Of a DNA stretch of 64,000 nt, positions 60,348 to 64,000 are shown one piece after another. The notes beneath the pieces are model-generated. The model was not told where the DNA came from and did no database searches. It saw only the letters and a program-made list of their open reading frames with translations. The DNA is taken from sequence record NC_048668.1; one strand, 5' to 3'. How positions within the stretch are numbered: position 1 is the first letter of the stretch; every line of letters starts with the position of its first letter. The translations under genes and the position numbers were made by a program.

Positions 60348-62538
60348 ATGAGCGATTACAGCGCTAAGATTACGGAACTACCTGGTGGTTCTAAAGTAAG
60401 GGAAAGTAGCCTACTGCCATTGGCAACGGCTAAGACAGCAGGTGGAATAACTGAGAAGTTTACCGTAGCGCAGCTTCGTAAGGGACTGAACTACGAGAAC
60501 GCGTACAATACCTTAGCCCGAAGCTATTCCTGATACGGTACAAGGCGAGGTGTTCTTCGTATTCACTGGGCCAGACAAAACTGCGGTAGCTGAGTACCTT
60601 CGTGGCGCCAGCGGTGCAGGGCAGGTGTTGGATGAGGCAGGGACTCCTGTAGTCCACCTGACTCCAAAAGGTATGGCATCTTATCGTGTCATTCCTAACA
60701 TGGCTACACTGCGTACCACTAAGCCAAAGAACCCTAACGAAATTGTTGAGGTCACCGAGTATTACACCGGTAAAATGAATGGCGGTGGTCGCTTTGTATC
60801 TGCGGTTAATACGACCGTACCTGACGACGGTGGTTACACTACGATTCGCGTTGATGATAATACCGTGTGGTATCGCCAGGATCTACGTGCTTTGACTCTG
60901 TGGGATGGTGGTTGCGATAACTCGGTAGCGGATAACGGCCCGTTCATCCAGAACATCCAATACTCTCGTTCTTTGCAACCGATCAAGGTGCCGAGTCAGT
61001 ACTTCGGTATCCGTACGCCAATCGTAATCAAAGCTAACAAAGGGTTTGCTTTGTACGCAGATGGTGCCCATACTGGTCGTGCTGTACTGCAATGGATGGG
61101 TGGTGACTTTAATGACGATACCACTGCAGTTCTGAGCATTACTGTAGACAATCCTACTGACTTCACTTACTCGGGTGTAGTTCTGAAGGGATTCTCTATC
61201 TTGGGTGGCGGTAAAGTCCTACACGGCCTCTACATGCGTAACGTAGGTTACCCTGAGATCGATAGCCTTAAGATCGAGAACTTCAAAGGGGCCGGTCTTC
61301 TGCTCGACCAAGTTCAGGACGGTTACTTCAACTTCCTGGAAGTTCAAATCTGTGGTCGTACCTCAGGGGACTACGGCGTTTACGCTGACTTGGTCAACTT
61401 GAGCAAGACGCAATTCGCACCGATCCACATCATCTCCAGTAAGTCAGGCGATGCATCTAACATGCTGCGTTTCCAAGGCGGTCAGTGGGAAGCTAACAAC
61501 TGTTCCCCTACTGTCTACTATCGTGGTGGTATTGGCCTGTGGATCTCCAAGATTCACTGCGAGCAGCGTAACGGCCCGATGAGTAAGTTTAAACTCTACG
61601 ATCCTAACTTTGTCATGGACACCAGTCCTGAGAAAGCGGGTCGTGTGTTTATCCAAGTAGATGGCTCCAGTTCGTCCGAAGTCATGCTGGATCAGATGCA
61701 GTCTTCTGAAACCGAACGTTTCGTTTACGCCGGTGGTTACGGTGTGGTCATGATCACGAACACAACGCGAGGGGGCGGTATTTGTTTAGCCTCTGCCAAC
61801 CGTGAGTTTGCCATGACTATCACCAATAGCTGGTTGACCGACTGCTACTTTAGCTCGTCTTCTCGGGTATGGATCGACAACTGCCGTCTTGGTAACCTGA
61901 CCTGGTCTTACCCGTCTTATACTGGACTGATTTCCAACACCATGATGAAAGACGTCGTCATGAACAACGATGGCTCTTTCCCGGATATCAACTTCAACAA
62001 CTGTATCTTCGATAACTTCACTAACTACGTGAAGAACGTTCGTGTTACCGGCGGACACTGTAAAGGTAACTTCTCCTTCAACGCCTCTGGCGGTGGCGGC
62101 GCAGTAATCGGTACAGTTATTGATGGTACGTTGAGCGTTGATACCAAATGGGGTATTGACTTCCGTCCATCTGGCGCAGTGATGAACCAGGTTTACTCAA
62201 ATAACGCCCCTGCGGAACAAGCGCCTAACGGCACTCGTCCAAACGGTTCTATCTGGGTTAACAAGAACGTGGTTGCCAACGCACCTGACGGCACTCCTAT
62301 CTCTTGGGTTAAAGATGCCGCCGGTAAATGGGTTCCGTTTGCATTCGTTGGTACCTTAGCTAACGGCGTGGTGGCGAAAGAATATACGTTCGCTAACTTA
62401 CCAGGGGCATCTTTGGCTAAGCGTGCGATTGTTACCTGTACGGATACAGCGAAAACGCCTAAAGACCAACTGATCTATTCCGATGGGACTAACTGGCGTT
62501 ACGTGTCCGATCCTGCCACTGTAGTAACTAAAGGCTAA
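60348..62538 (+). CDS. Tailspike/putative depolymerase 7 (joined across a +1 frameshift at about 60517-60519)
   Basis: KITELP anchor. Removing one C gives NTLAEAIPDTVQGEVFFVF and joins ORF 60550-62538. Confidence 0.85.
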
Positions 62539-62626
62539 TATAGACACCCTTGGCAGTACTAACGCTGCCAAGGGGTTTATGTCGTGTTTCTATGAGATTT
62601 CGAGCGTAATCAAAAGGTCCAGTATA

Positions 62627-64000
62627 ATGAACAACAATCAAACTAAAATCAGCGAGTTGCCTAAAGGTGCAAAACTCAAAGAGTCCAGTTTATTACCTGT
62701 TGTCAGTAAGCTCAGACACCGCAATTGAAACAGAACGCTTTACTCTATCTGATTTCAGAAGCTGGGCTAACTACGACAATGCTTACTCAACTTTGGCTGA
62801 CGGCATTAAAGACACTGAAGTGGGTAATACTTTCCTTGTTTACACCAGCGATAACAAATACTCCGTAGCAGAATACGTACGTCTCCCATCTGGAGCGAGT
62901 CAGGTTATTGATGGTGAAGGCAATGCAATTTTTCATTTAACAGCTAAGGGTAGAATCCCCGTTAAGACAATAGCTGCATTACGTAATCGTGTCCCTACGT
63001 TAGAGGGCGAGCCGGTCTACGTTATTAGTTACGACGAAACTGTAACTACAGGCGGCGGTTGGTTCATCGCCAAGAAAGGGACTGTAGTCGACGATGGCGG
63101 TCACCTTATTTCCGTTAATGGATCATGGTATTGGGAACGATCTGCTAACGAGGTTAACCTATTAGACTACGGAATTAAAATCTCTTCTCGTGAAGCCGGG
63201 AAAGAAGTTTATTACGACGTCACGGATAAACTGCAGGCTGCGACTAAACGAGCCGGTGACAAAGGCTGTCCGTTAGTTTCCAGTGCTACGTTCCAGAACG
63301 ACCCAGGCAACGACGGTTATCCGCGTTGGGGTTATTTCATCACCAAAACGTGGGATATCACCGGACTTAAATATCTGAACGGTCAGTTTAACATCCTGGT
63401 TCGGGGCAATACATTTGCTACCACCGGGACAGTGCCAATGGGCGGAACTACTCCATACTGCATCACTGCACTTAACTGTAAGTGGGGTACGGACGGTAAG
63501 TTCTTCGGTACAACGTACGGTAACCTTGTCATCGATAAGTTGAATCTGTTCAACATGGACGGATATAACCCTAACGTTGCTCTTAACGGTATCTTGATGA
63601 TTGCATCGGGTTCTCGTTTTAACTTCATGATGGCAACTAACTTCAACGGCCGTGCTATCCATTTCGCCGACTCTTACGATAACGTAATGGGTGACATTCG
63701 AGTAATGTGGTCTGGGAACCAAAGCGCCTTTGCATTAGAAGTTGGTGCATGGAAAGCTGACAGTACGTCTAGTCGCGATGAATCTAACGCCAATACATTC
63801 TTGGCAGTAATGGCGCATAACTGCCGTGAGAAGTCGTGGTTGATTGCTGGTAGTAAAACCAACGTTGTCCGTATTCACGACGAGGCAATCTTGTCCACTA
63901 CGGCAACTCCGAGTAATCCTATCCGGGATTGAGTCACGAAATGGTTACGGGTATACCTCGTGCTACTTCTCTTCAATCGGCGGTCACTTAGGCGATGTCA
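62627..64000 (+). CDS. Tailspike/putative depolymerase 8, runs off the window (+1 frameshifts at about 62708 and 63925)
   Basis: ATG at 62627 gives MNNNQTKISELPKGAKLKESSLLPVVS, joining ORF 62667. After the GGG at 63925-63927 it continues IESRNGYGYTSCYFSSIGG. Confidence 0.83.

Noticed and set aside
47416-62538. Calling spikes 2 and 7 inactivated pseudogenes or phase-variable
   Set aside because: The runs are only 3 nt, and the same +1 error type occurs in essential genes, so an artefact is more parsimonious.
45123-64000. Diversity-generating retroelement or invertase-driven tail-fibre switching
   Set aside because: No reverse transcriptase, template/variable repeat pair, recombinase or inverted crossover sites were seen. 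All genes are co-oriented and have their own starts.
1-64000. tRNA genes, rRNA and CRISPR arrays
   Set aside because: No cloverleaf with T-loop and acceptor stem, and no regularly spaced direct repeats were found by eye. GTTCGAATCC at about 31276 is inside coding sequence.

Overview
This 64-kb window is from a phiKZ-like (Chimalliviridae-type) jumbo phage. A gene block typical of that family supports this: SbcC-like ATPase, RNase H, UvsX, three split virion RNA polymerase (vRNAP) subunit genes, tape measure with lytic transglycosylase, and a gp175-type prohead protease. The right-hand 19 kb holds eight tandem tailspike/depolymerase-like genes sharing one N-terminal anchor, resembling the hyperbranched fibres of Klebsiella jumbo phage phiKp24; host and genus are inference. 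The best-supported discovery is a group I intron (33896-35266) in the vRNAP beta gene. Its NUMOD4-HNH homing endonuclease sits inside the P1 loop, and its ribosome-binding site is sequestered in a hairpin whose loop carries the phage late-promoter core TATG. Other leads are a compact multi-hairpin ncRNA candidate (43294-43410), hairpins flanked by CATAG...CTATG, a 34-nt duplicated early-promoter element, a degenerate HNH cassette and a double-catalytic tailspike. Thirteen single-base (+1) frameshifts, some in essential genes, are most likely sequencing errors; affected genes are reported joined. All family assignments come from motif recognition; no database search was run.
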